A stretch of DNA of 64,000 bases from Bradymonadales bacterium (GCA_007693605.1 REDG01000046.1:1-64000); one strand, 5' to 3'. Shown: positions 39,053 through 47,559, counted from the stretch's first letter. Notes: generated by a model from the sequence alone, not told the origin. Numbers and translations: made by a program.

Positions 39053-39072
39053 CTTGTTGCCGTGTTGCTCTC

Positions 39073-40671
39073 TCAGGCCTCTTCAGCGGCAAAGCCCCGA
39101 CGAACCGTGTTCTCCGTATGCAATCGAGGCTCCAAAAACTGAAGAAGATAGTCTGGCCCGCCGGCCTTACTGCCGACTCCTGAAAACTTAAATCCCCCAA
39201 AGGCTTGGCGGCCAACAATCGCTCCGGTGATGGATCGATTGATATACAGATTCCCAACTTCCATTTCTTTGCGCGCCCGAGAGATATGAGAAGGACTTCG
39301 AGAATAGATTCCCCCAGTCAACGCGAAGCGAACCGAGTTCACGGCCTCAAAAGCTTCGTCCAAGGACTTCACCCGATGAACCGCCACCACCGGCCCAAAA
39401 ACTTCGTTCTGAAAGAGCGTGTCAGAGCGATCTGGCACTTCGAAAATCGCGGGAGGAATGAAATATCCCTGATCTTGATCGGTCTCTCCAATATAGAGGA
39501 CCTCTAAGCGACTGCTGGCATCTTGAATGCAGCGACGAATTCTTCGAAAGGACGAGTCATCCACCACCGGCCCCACCTGAAATTCAGGATTCCAAGCTGG
39601 CCCGGTGCGAAGGCTTTTCGATGCCGCAACAAATCTGGAGACAAAGCTCTCATAAACTCGATCGTGGACAATGAGTCGACTCAAGGCAGAGCACTTCTGA
39701 CCCTGAAAGCCGAAGGCGCTATGAATCGAACCCGCAACGGCTTCGTCTAAGTCGGCATCTTCATCAACGATCAGCGCATTCTTTCCTCCCATCTCAGCAA
39801 TGACTTTCTTCACACCCCGCTGACCCTCTTTTGGTTTCGCGGCAGCCCCTTCAATGATCGAAAGCCCCACCTCCACCGAACCCGTAAAGCAAATGCCATC
39901 CACTCGCGGGTCTGACACCAGCAAAGGCCCTAACTTCTCCCCTTCTCCTGGCAGAAAGTAAAATGAGTCTTTAGGGAAGCCAACCTCCTTCAAGCCTTGA
40001 GCCAGGAATGCTCCAATGACGGAACTCTGTTCGGCAGGCTTAATAATCACAGAGTTGCCTGCGACCAAGCTGGCCACGGTCATTCCGGTAAGAATCGCCA
40101 GGGGAAAGTTCCAGGGCGCTATCACAGCGAACACCCCTCGTGGAAAATACAACAAGTCGTTGGTCTCTCCTGCAAGCTCTTGCATGCGAATGGGTTTCGA
40201 AAGACTTGCCATTTCTCTGGCATAATAACGACAAAAATCAATGGCCTCACAAGTGTCTGCGTCCGCCTCTCTCCAATTCTTGCCCACCTCAAAGACCATC
40301 CATGCGGAAAGAATATCTCGCCGCTCTTGCATCCAATCTGCCAGGGCCTCGACTAACTGAATTCTCTCCCAAGCCTCAGTCTTTCCCCAAGACCGTCGCC
40401 CCTGATCACACTGAGAGATGGCTGTCTCAAGGTCTTTTTCATCGCCAAATTCTACAAAGCCCACCACTTCTTTCTTGTTCGAAGGGTTCAGGCTAGCTTG
40501 ATATTTTATGGAATTCTCTCTCTCTGGCTTGGACTGGCCATCTCCAAGCCGGTAACTCATTCCAAGCTGTCGATGAATGTGTTCCACTGCCGACTTCATC
40601 GCGAGTCGATCTTGATCTAGGGCAAAATTTCTTGGTGAACAGTTTTTAAAGGGACTTAAGATCTTTTCCAT
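39073..40671 (-). CDS. P5C (glutamate semialdehyde) dehydrogenase half of a split putA
   Basis: PWNFPLAI, FTGSVEVG, EMGGKN, FQGQKCSA, EVFGP, FALTGG, GSKAGG; candidate start ATG 40671 (MEKILSPFKN). Confidence 0.9.
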   Translation of the reverse strand: MEKILSPFKNCSPRNFALDQDRLAMKSAVEHIHRQLGMSYRLGDGQSKPERENSIKYQASLNPSNKKEVVGFVEFGDEKDLETAISQCDQGRRSWGKTEAWERIQLVEALADWMQERRDILSAWMVFEVGKNWREADADTCEAIDFCRYYAREMASLSKPIRMQELAGETNDLLYFPRGVFAVIAPWNFPLAILTGMTVASLVAGNSVIIKPAEQSSVIGAFLAQGLKEVGFPKDSFYFLPGEGEKLGPLLVSDPRVDGICFTGSVEVGLSIIEGAAAKPKEGQRGVKKVIAEMGGKNALIVDEDADLDEAVAGSIHSAFGFQGQKCSALSRLIVHDRVYESFVSRFVAASKSLRTGPAWNPEFQVGPVVDDSSFRRIRRCIQDASSRLEVLYIGETDQDQGYFIPPAIFEVPDRSDTLFQNEVFGPVVAVHRVKSLDEAFEAVNSVRFALTGGIYSRSPSHISRARKEMEVGNLYINRSITGAIVGRQAFGGFKFSGVGSKAGGPDYLLQFLEPRLHTENTVRRGFAAEEA

Positions 40672-42082
40672 TCTTTCTCTCTTTCTTTTTCTCTTCTTTC
40701 TGTCGCTCAAGATGCCACCCTGGCCGCCGAAGAAGAAGCTCCATCGCCTTTCGGTCCATGAAACTCTGGCGCAAAAATGAGTCGTTAGCGGTATTCTCTA
40801 ACAACCTTCGCACCAAGTAAGACAGGCCCGGAAGCATTTCCCCCAGCGGACAATACTCTCGAAGCCTCAGCTTGCGCCTTAAAATGGCGTCCTTAAATGA
40901 ACCTGACATTCCATAGAGCATCTGAATCTCAAAAGAGTTTCGAGGAAGCTTCAACTCCTCAGCAAGCGCCAGGCAATAGGAAAGACTTCGAACATTGTGA
41001 GAGCCCGCTGCCATTTCGATCTTCGGATAGCTTCCCAACAGCAGCCTCGCACAAGACTCAAAGGCCTGATCTGACTCCCACTTCTCCGAAAACACAGGCG
41101 ACTCCCAATCATTTTGTTCTGCAATGATCGTCTCGTAATCCCAATAAGCCCCCTTCACAAGCCTGATCGTGAAGGGCGTTCCTCTTTCGGTCGCAAGTTG
41201 AATCCACTCTCGAACTTCTTCTTCGGCGCTCCGAAGATAGGCCTGGCAAACAATTCCGAAGTGCCGATAAGACTTAAACTCTGGCATCAAAATGAGCTGC
41301 CGAAAAACTTTTCTAGTCAGGGAGTTTAATGAAAACTGCTCCATATCGAAGTTGATGAAGACGCCTCGCTGCATCGCCAACCGCAAAACCGGAATCAAAC
41401 GAGCCTTTAACCTCTCGACGCTCGAATCAGTCGCCATGGGGTCGAGTAGGGCGTCAAAAGCAGAGAGCTTCAGTGAGACATTCACTTTCGGCACAGGCCC
41501 CAAGTCTGAAAAGTCAACCGGCTGAACCTCCGTCCAATTTAGAGACTCGTTTCCCAGTTGATCGATCAAATCTTCATATTGGGACTGGTAGTGATGACTC
41601 TCTTCATCAGAAACGACGGCCTCCCCCAGAATATCCAAAGTGAACCCGACTCCTGACGATCGGAGGTCCAAGACTTTGGGTAGAGCTTCTGTTGCGTTTC
41701 GCCCAACAATAAACAGATTCCCCATTTGCCGAACCTGTCGATCACTCAGCCTCATCAGCAGCTGCCGAAATAGAGGGAGCCGCAAGAGGCCCGAAACCAG
41801 GCTGAGCAAGCCCGGCCAAGACTCAACCGAAGGGGGTCGAGAAAGGTACTCTAGAAGATGCTGAAGTTTTTGACGGTCTGTGACCAAAACGGGCAAGACA
41901 TCCACAAATCGAAAGAGCTGGGTCTTGACCAGCGGATCTTTCATGGACAATTCCATGAATTTGTTCTGCCAAAAATTCCTGTTAAAGACTTTGAAAGCCC
42001 CGCCTCGGCTATCTCGAAAAATCTGTTGGCCGATCTCAATTGTCCGTGCTTCAATTCTATCTGAATCAAGAGGAGCTACCAT
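40646..42082 (-). CDS. Proline dehydrogenase half of a split putA (retains PutA-type N-terminal region)
   Basis: QLFRFVDVLP, DILGEA, FDMEQ, QAYLR, RLVKGAYWDYE, SHNVRS, YLVRRLLENTAN; start ATG 42082 (or 42124). Confidence 0.9.
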   Translation of the reverse strand: MVAPLDSDRIEARTIEIGQQIFRDSRGGAFKVFNRNFWQNKFMELSMKDPLVKTQLFRFVDVLPVLVTDRQKLQHLLEYLSRPPSVESWPGLLSLVSGLLRLPLFRQLLMRLSDRQVRQMGNLFIVGRNATEALPKVLDLRSSGVGFTLDILGEAVVSDEESHHYQSQYEDLIDQLGNESLNWTEVQPVDFSDLGPVPKVNVSLKLSAFDALLDPMATDSSVERLKARLIPVLRLAMQRGVFINFDMEQFSLNSLTRKVFRQLILMPEFKSYRHFGIVCQAYLRSAEEEVREWIQLATERGTPFTIRLVKGAYWDYETIIAEQNDWESPVFSEKWESDQAFESCARLLLGSYPKIEMAAGSHNVRSLSYCLALAEELKLPRNSFEIQMLYGMSGSFKDAILRRKLRLREYCPLGEMLPGLSYLVRRLLENTANDSFLRQSFMDRKAMELLLRRPGWHLERQKEEKKKERKNGKDLKSL

Positions 42083-43623
42083 TGTTTTATGTCCCGTCTC
42101 AACGAGTTCTGTTTGTTCTAACATTCTGCGCCAGCCTCTTTCTGTTGGGGGGGGCCTACTTCCTAAACAAGGACCTCTCTCGCTTATATCAGCGACCTTC
42201 AGAGCAGCTCAAGGAAATCGCTGCACTCGCCACGAACCTAATCCCTCAACAGGAAATTGAAAACAGCTTAGAGACTAAAAATGAGCATAGTCCTTCTAGT
42301 CGACAGCTTCAGTCCACTCTCAACCAGCTAAAGGCAAATCTGCGACCTCAAATCGAAATCAGCGTTCTACATGACGATAGTGGCCAGTGGAGGGTTCTTC
42401 AATCCAGCTCTCCTAATTGGCGGATGGGAGATTTGCAGCCTCATTTGTCTGAGGCGGGCGACCTCGCCCTTCGCAATCGGCAACCCGTAGCGAGCGCTCT
42501 TGAAAGAGATGGTTCGAGATATTGGAGTCGGGTCTGGCAACCTCTCGATCTCAACGGGCTTGCCTTGGTTGTCGAGTCTGATGAGTCTGCCACCCAGTTT
42601 CAGGCTAGAAGCCTCTTGCTGAATTATTTGGCCATGGGAATTGTTTTGCTGCTTCTGAGTGGGCTGGTTTTCTTCTGGCTGTCGAGAAAACGGCTCGAAG
42701 AAGTGGGACTTCTTTCATCACTTTCAGAAAGACTCCTTTTGGATTCAGCTAAATCAATCTGCGTGATCAACCACCAGGGGGAGTGTGTTGCAACAAACCC
42801 AAACTTTGCGCAGCGACTTTGGACCGATCAAGAAAGCCTGCACAAACAGAATCTCTTCTCACCTGACTACTTTGGGCAAGTGACTGCGGGCTCGAAAACC
42901 AAAGCCCTCTCGCTGGAGTCTCTGTTGGCCATGCCTTCTAAGAGTCAGATTCTGAACCTCCAATCTGAGACGGGCGAGCAGTGCTTCGTAAAACTGTCCA
43001 TCGAAGAGCTGGAAGTGAGCGGACTGGAGTCAAAGCCATACTACTTGATAGAACTTGAGGCCGTAAGCCGCACCTCTTTGACCCAGTCGAAGAGTTCCGC
43101 CTGGGCCTACCCATCTGAAGAGGACTTTGATTTTGTGGATCAGCGGACCAAGCTTCCGAATCGAAGCTATTTGTTTCACGCCCTCAGTGCTCGCATGAAC
43201 TTTCTACAGAATATCGATTGTTCGATGATGTTGATCGAACTCGACCAGTTCACTCACTTTATCGAACTCTTCGGCAAGGAAACCGGTGAGGCCGCCCTAA
43301 AAGCTTGGGCTGAGTTTCTGCGGGGATATTTTCGCCAGTCGGACTTGGTCGTCCACTTTGAAGAGACTCGATTCTTGGTCGTACTCGAACAGACAGAAAG
43401 CAACCAGGCCCTACGAATTGCTCACAACCTAAAAAATTCCATGAAAGAGAGCCGGCATCAACTCATCCAGGGCATGAGCTTCAGTATCTCAGTGACCTCT
43501 TATCAAAAGCCTGAGTCGTTTCAAAGCTGGCTGGCCCGAAGTGAAATCGCTCTTCAAAGAGCTTCAAATCGAGGCTTTGGTCAGATTGAAGTTGACACTC
43601 CTTTGGCAGCTGGACCAGTCTAG
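42082..43623 (+). CDS. Membrane-anchored sensor with PAS-like region and degenerate GGDEF domain
   Basis: Two TM around a periplasmic domain; DQRTKLPNR, IELDQF, RQSD-LVVHF-EETRF in place of RxxD-x5-GGDEF; TTG 42082 follows GAGGAG (ORF open from 42040). Confidence 0.85.
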   Translation: MFYVPSQRVLFVLTFCASLFLLGGAYFLNKDLSRLYQRPSEQLKEIAALATNLIPQQEIENSLETKNEHSPSSRQLQSTLNQLKANLRPQIEISVLHDDSGQWRVLQSSSPNWRMGDLQPHLSEAGDLALRNRQPVASALERDGSRYWSRVWQPLDLNGLALVVESDESATQFQARSLLLNYLAMGIVLLLLSGLVFFWLSRKRLEEVGLLSSLSERLLLDSAKSICVINHQGECVATNPNFAQRLWTDQESLHKQNLFSPDYFGQVTAGSKTKALSLESLLAMPSKSQILNLQSETGEQCFVKLSIEELEVSGLESKPYYLIELEAVSRTSLTQSKSSAWAYPSEEDFDFVDQRTKLPNRSYLFHALSARMNFLQNIDCSMMLIELDQFTHFIELFGKETGEAALKAWAEFLRGYFRQSDLVVHFEETRFLVVLEQTESNQALRIAHNLKNSMKESRHQLIQGMSFSISVTSYQKPESFQSWLARSEIALQRASNRGFGQIEVDTPLAAGPV

Positions 43624-43624
43624 G
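43535..43624 (+). repeat. 90-bp direct repeat, left copy (3' end of the GGDEF gene)
   Basis: Matches 45790-45879 at 88 of 90 positions. Confidence 0.95.
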
Positions 43625-43693
43625 AAATTCCCATCCGAGAAGCAGTGCAGGGAGTGCTTCAGCTTCATTTGCCTGAAAGGTGAAGCCTCTTTG

Positions 43694-43800
43694 GGGAGTG
43701 TCGCTAAAGGCCCATCTGCCCCACTCTCAGGTCGACCTGGTTTGAGGATGGCTACAATGCTCCTTGCCCGCGTTGCAGTGTCGGCCGAGTCGCTGCGCTT
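43694..43800 (-). repeat. Family A repeat copy inside the islet
   Basis: GGGAGTGTCGCTAAAGGCCCATCTGCCCC ... CAGGTCGACCTG ... GTTGCAGTGTCGGCCGAGTCGCTGCGCTT. Confidence 0.9.
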
Positions 43801-43824
43801 GGCCTAGCAGACGAATAACTTGGC

Positions 43825-43854
43825 TAGTATATATGTATATATACATATATACTA
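43825..43854. promoter_or_regulatory. Perfect 30-bp palindrome, putative distal operator
   Basis: TAGTATATATGTATATATACATATATACTA. Confidence 0.7.
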
Positions 43855-43889
43855 ATAAGTAAAATTCGTCAACCGCTACAAACTATTGA

Positions 43890-43902
43890 AATCAATGCCT
43901 TA
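43890..43902 (+). promoter_or_regulatory. IHF-consensus site
   Basis: AATCAATGCCTTA matches WATCAANNNNTTR exactly. Confidence 0.45.
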
Positions 43903-43942
43903 ATTTAGAATTGGCTGGGAAGTCTGGGCGGCCTAGAAGGCC

Positions 43943-43971
43943 TTTACATTTTCTTTATAACATGCTATTAT
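43943..43971 (+). promoter_or_regulatory. Sigma70 promoter of the TA operon
   Basis: TTTACA-17 nt-TATTAT with an extended -10 TG. Confidence 0.65.
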
Positions 43972-43992
43972 ATGTATATATACATATAATAG
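43965..43992. promoter_or_regulatory. Perfect 28-bp palindrome over the -10 box, putative proximal operator
   Basis: CTATTATATGTATATATACATATAATAG; shares the 20-bp core TATATGTATATATACATATA with 43825-43854. Confidence 0.75.
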
Positions 43993-44001
43993 AAGCTAGT
44001 A

Positions 44002-44880
44002 ATGAAAAAGATAGATAAAGCGCGAAACGAACTTCTCTCCCGAATCCCTCCAGTTGTTGCCGAACATGTTCTAGGACATGAGCTCTCAAAAGTGGGCCAA
44101 CAATATAAGCTTGGAGAAAGCACTCGCCTTCGACTTAAGCGAGAGCCACGAAAAGTCTCTTTGAAGTGGGGCGCAAGCCCTATTCTCAACATAAAGTCAT
44201 ACAAATCAACTTTCGATAAGTTGGAGCTTATCCAAGCCTTCTGTAATCCTCTCTCTCGATACTATGTCTCCCACTATTCAGCACTCTATTGGAACGAGTT
44301 GGTCCAACAGCAGCCAAAAGATTATTACCTCACAAGAGAAGCTCAAGCCAGGCGCCCTGTGCACACAAACGACTACGACCCAGACCGCATTAAGCAGGCC
44401 TTTCTGAAAAGCCCAAGGCATACCTCACAATTTGCATCTTACAGAGACTCCAAAATTTACCTTATTGAGAAGCAAGGTCTCAGTGAGATGGGTGTTACAA
44501 CAAAAACTATCGAGATTCAAAAGACACCAATAAGCTTACGCCTAACAAACATTGAACGAACCCTGATTGATTCAGTTATATCCCCCTTCTATTCGGGAGG
44601 AATCCTCACTGTTATAGCGGCATTCGATAAAGCAAAAATAAACATTAGGGATCTCTACAACATTTATGAGAAATATTCTCTGTTCTATCCCTACTGGCAA
44701 GCAATTGGATTTATACTCGAGAATGTTAAAGGTAGAGAGTTGGCGGAAGACTGGAAGTCATTTTTTGACATGAATAAATCTTCCGCCTTTTATCTTGATA
44801 GACAGTTTAGAAGCGATTGGCTCTACTCGGAACCCTGGAAACTATACTACCCCCGAGGAGTCTTTCATGATTCACATTGA
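44002..44880 (+). CDS. AbiEi-like type IV TA antitoxin / transcriptional regulator
   Basis: YYVSHYSALYWNEL..QQP and RLTNIERTLIDS motifs; overlaps the start of the downstream nucleotidyltransferase. Confidence 0.8.
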   Translation: MKKIDKARNELLSRIPPVVAEHVLGHELSKVGQQYKLGESTRLRLKREPRKVSLKWGASPILNIKSYKSTFDKLELIQAFCNPLSRYYVSHYSALYWNELVQQQPKDYYLTREAQARRPVHTNDYDPDRIKQAFLKSPRHTSQFASYRDSKIYLIEKQGLSEMGVTTKTIEIQKTPISLRLTNIERTLIDSVISPFYSGGILTVIAAFDKAKINIRDLYNIYEKYSLFYPYWQAIGFILENVKGRELAEDWKSFFDMNKSSAFYLDRQFRSDWLYSEPWKLYYPRGVFHDSH

Positions 44881-45736
44881 TCAAGTTATAGAGACATGCC
44901 TCACAGCCATCTATTCAAAGGATATTCTCAGCGAAAAACTCTTCCTTAAAGGTGGACAGGCGCTTCGATTAGCCCACAATTTGAAATCCAGGCTTTCGCG
45001 TGATGTCGACTTTTCAACTCCTTCAAAGATTGAGGAAGAAGACTTATATTTTACTCATTTCGAGGAGTCTTTAAAAACAGAATTCTCAGCCAATGGGTTT
45101 CATTTGTTTGACTTCAGATATGTTAGAAGACCGGAGAAAAGAGACGGGGATGCGCCAGATTTCTGGGCAGGTTGGGCTGTTGATTTCAAATTAATAGAAA
45201 AGGAAAAAGCGGATTTGTCTCTATCCCAACTGCGAAGAGAGGCTATCATTCCTGAAGAATCTGAGTCCTCAGGAATTTTGATCGACATAAGTGAATACGA
45301 GTATTGTGATTCAGTTGACCGAATCACACTCGGATCTGTTGAAATCAAGTCCTATTCGAGGGTGCTTTTGGTCCTTGAGAAAATTCGAGCAATTTGCCAG
45401 CAACACCCAGACTACCCCCACAAGAGGACCGCGAAAAATCGTGCAAGAGACTACTATGATATCGAAAGGCTTTATCAGAAGGTGCTTAGAGATGCGAACA
45501 AGGAGCAGCTTCTAAAGGAGGCCGCGAAACATTTAGAAAAAGTTTTCAAGGCGAAAAATGCCGACCTTCAACTATTGGACAAAATCTTTGAGTCCTCCTT
45601 TTATTCGCTCCAAGAAAAGGGGTGGGAGGCCACAAAAGGAACGATCTCTGAGAGGGTTGACAACTTTTCTTACTACAATGAAACCCTTAAGGGTATCGTC
45701 GAAGAGCTGAAGCAGGCAATGAGAGCCTATGAGTGA
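44867..45736 (+). CDS. AbiEii/AbiGii-family nucleotidyltransferase toxin
   Basis: LFLKGGQAL..RLSRDVDFS, EKIRA, RARDYYDI; GAGGAG RBS before ATG 44867. Confidence 0.88.
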   Translation: MIHIDQVIETCLTAIYSKDILSEKLFLKGGQALRLAHNLKSRLSRDVDFSTPSKIEEEDLYFTHFEESLKTEFSANGFHLFDFRYVRRPEKRDGDAPDFWAGWAVDFKLIEKEKADLSLSQLRREAIIPEESESSGILIDISEYEYCDSVDRITLGSVEIKSYSRVLLVLEKIRAICQQHPDYPHKRTAKNRARDYYDIERLYQKVLRDANKEQLLKEAAKHLEKVFKAKNADLQLLDKIFESSFYSLQEKGWEATKGTISERVDNFSYYNETLKGIVEELKQAMRAYE

Positions 45737-45789
45737 AGCTCGCGATCGGCTTGAAAAAATGTTTCGGGGTTGGGCATATCGGCCTTGAC

Positions 45790-45879
45790 CCCGAACTGAA
45801 ATCGCCCTTCAAAGAGCTTCAAATCGAGGCTTTGGTCAGATTGAAGTTGACACTCCTTTGGCAGCTGGACCAGTCTAGG
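45790..45879 (+). repeat. 90-bp direct repeat, right copy (orphan GGDEF 3' end, 3 nt before the symporter start)
   Basis: CCCGAACTGAAATCGCCCTTCAAAGAGC ... GGACCAGTCTAGG. Confidence 0.95.
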
Positions 45880-45882
45880 TAG

Positions 45883-47550
45883 GTGCTTGAGCAGTTCAAT
45901 AATATTTTAGGAATTGCCAACAGCTTTCTTTGGCATGATGTGGTGCTTTACACCCTACTTGCCACCGGCCTTCTATTTACCTTTTGGAGCGGCTTCTGCC
46001 AGTTTCGGGCTCTTACTCACGGCAGTCGAGTGATCACCGGAAAATATGACCGAGCTTCAGAACCTGGGGCCATCAGCCATTTTCAAGCTTTGTCCGCGGC
46101 GCTATCGGCGACCGTAGGCCTGGGAAACATCGGAGGAGTTGCCATTGCCATTGCTCTCGGCGGACCCGGTGCTGTCTTTTGGATGTGGGTCGTCGGGATT
46201 GTAGGGATGGCCCTGAAAACAACCGAAGTCACCTTGGCGATGCTCTATCGAAATACAGATGAAAGGGACAACCCTCACGGCGGTCCGATGTGGGTTGCAA
46301 AGGAAGGCTTTGCAAAACTCAGCCCCCGTTTAGCCGGCTTTGGGAGCGCCCTGGGCGCCGTCTTCTGCATCACCTTGCTGATCTCTGCGGTCACTGGTGG
46401 AAATATGTTTCAGGCCTGGAATGTAGGACTTCTGACTCAAAGCTATTTCGGAGTTCCCAGTATCGTCAGCGGCGTTGTCTTAGCCATTGTCGTGGGCCTC
46501 GTCATCATTGGTGGAATCAAGAGAATCGGCAAGGTGGCCGGAACGCTCGTTCCCTTTATGTGCGGCCTGTATGTGGTGGCCGCTCTTTTTGTTTTGGCCA
46601 ATAACTTTTCAGATCTGCCTGAAATCTTTGCCCTCATCTTTCGGTCGGCCTTCAACCCCATTGAAGCTCAAGGGGCCTTTATTGGGGGCACCGCAGCCTC
46701 TGCATTTTTGTTTGGAATGAAGAGGGCCTTGTTTTCAAACGAAGCCGGTCAAGGTTCTGCCCCCATCGCCCATTCAGCGGCCAGAACCAGCGAGCCCGTA
46801 CGAGAAGGGGTCGTTGCCGGACTGGAGCCCTTCATCGACACTTTAGTGGTTTGCTCCATCACAGCCTTGGTGATTTTATCGAGTGGCGTTTGGAATCGAG
46901 GGCCCGATCTTGAACTGACTGAGCTTCCTCAATGGACGCAGCTAGAAAACGGCCGTTGGAGCTTGGAAGATGTGCCGGTCACCACTGCTCATGCGGGTTC
47001 CGTTGATTTACGCCCTGGCGATCAGGTTTTCATGCTGGTCGAGTTAGAAGAAGAGTCTTTGAGCTTTCGACAGAAGGTCTCTGGGAGTTTGGTGATGAGA
47101 GAGTCTGGACTTTGGACCAATTGGTCTGATTTCTCGTCTGAAGTGGAGCCTCAATTGGTTGACGGGGGAGTTTTTGCAGACTACCCGGGAGCCACTCTGA
47201 CTGGGCAGGCTTTTGATCGAGTCTTTCCGGGACTTGGCTTTTTCTTGGTCCCTCTTGCCGCTTGGCTGTTTGCGATCTCTACGATGATCTCTTGGAGCTA
47301 CTATGGCGAACAGGGAATCGTTTATCTGTTTGGACAACGCTGGGTGTTCAGTTACCGACTGATTTATTGTCTCCTCATTATCGCCGGCTGCGCTGGCTTC
47401 ATTCAGACCGAAGCAGAGCTCGACAATCTCACGGGCTTGGGAACTGGCGTGATGCTGTTTGCCAACATCCCGATCATGCTCATCTTTGGACATCAAGCGA
47501 TGAAGGCCTATCATAGTTATATCCGTCGCCTAAAGGCCAAAGAGTTTTAA
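45883..47550 (+). CDS. Alanine/glycine:cation symporter (AGCS family)
   Basis: ATVGLGNIGGVA, GGPGAVFWMW, RALFSNEAGQGSAP, EPFIDTLVVC, WSYYGE. Confidence 0.93.
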   Translation: MLEQFNNILGIANSFLWHDVVLYTLLATGLLFTFWSGFCQFRALTHGSRVITGKYDRASEPGAISHFQALSAALSATVGLGNIGGVAIAIALGGPGAVFWMWVVGIVGMALKTTEVTLAMLYRNTDERDNPHGGPMWVAKEGFAKLSPRLAGFGSALGAVFCITLLISAVTGGNMFQAWNVGLLTQSYFGVPSIVSGVVLAIVVGLVIIGGIKRIGKVAGTLVPFMCGLYVVAALFVLANNFSDLPEIFALIFRSAFNPIEAQGAFIGGTAASAFLFGMKRALFSNEAGQGSAPIAHSAARTSEPVREGVVAGLEPFIDTLVVCSITALVILSSGVWNRGPDLELTELPQWTQLENGRWSLEDVPVTTAHAGSVDLRPGDQVFMLVELEEESLSFRQKVSGSLVMRESGLWTNWSDFSSEVEPQLVDGGVFADYPGATLTGQAFDRVFPGLGFFLVPLAAWLFAISTMISWSYYGEQGIVYLFGQRWVFSYRLIYCLLIIAGCAGFIQTEAELDNLTGLGTGVMLFANIPIMLIFGHQAMKAYHSYIRRLKAKEF

Positions 47551-47559
47551 TCAACTGAA

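Larger units (their letters stand above)
43625..45879. mobile_element. Integrase-less islet carrying an AbiE-type type IV TA pair
   Basis: Bounded by the 90-bp direct repeat (2255-bp offset); visibly A/T-richer than flanks; no recombinase inside. Confidence 0.75.

Noticed and set aside
43541..43807. 88-aa ORF as a recombinase or excisionase of the islet
   Set aside because: Made of the GGDEF 3' end out of frame plus repeat sequence; no recombinase motifs.
43825..43992. TA-rich palindromes as simple microsatellite
   Set aside because: Both are perfect palindromes with the same G/C-interrupted core and different self-complementary flanks, which slippage would not produce.
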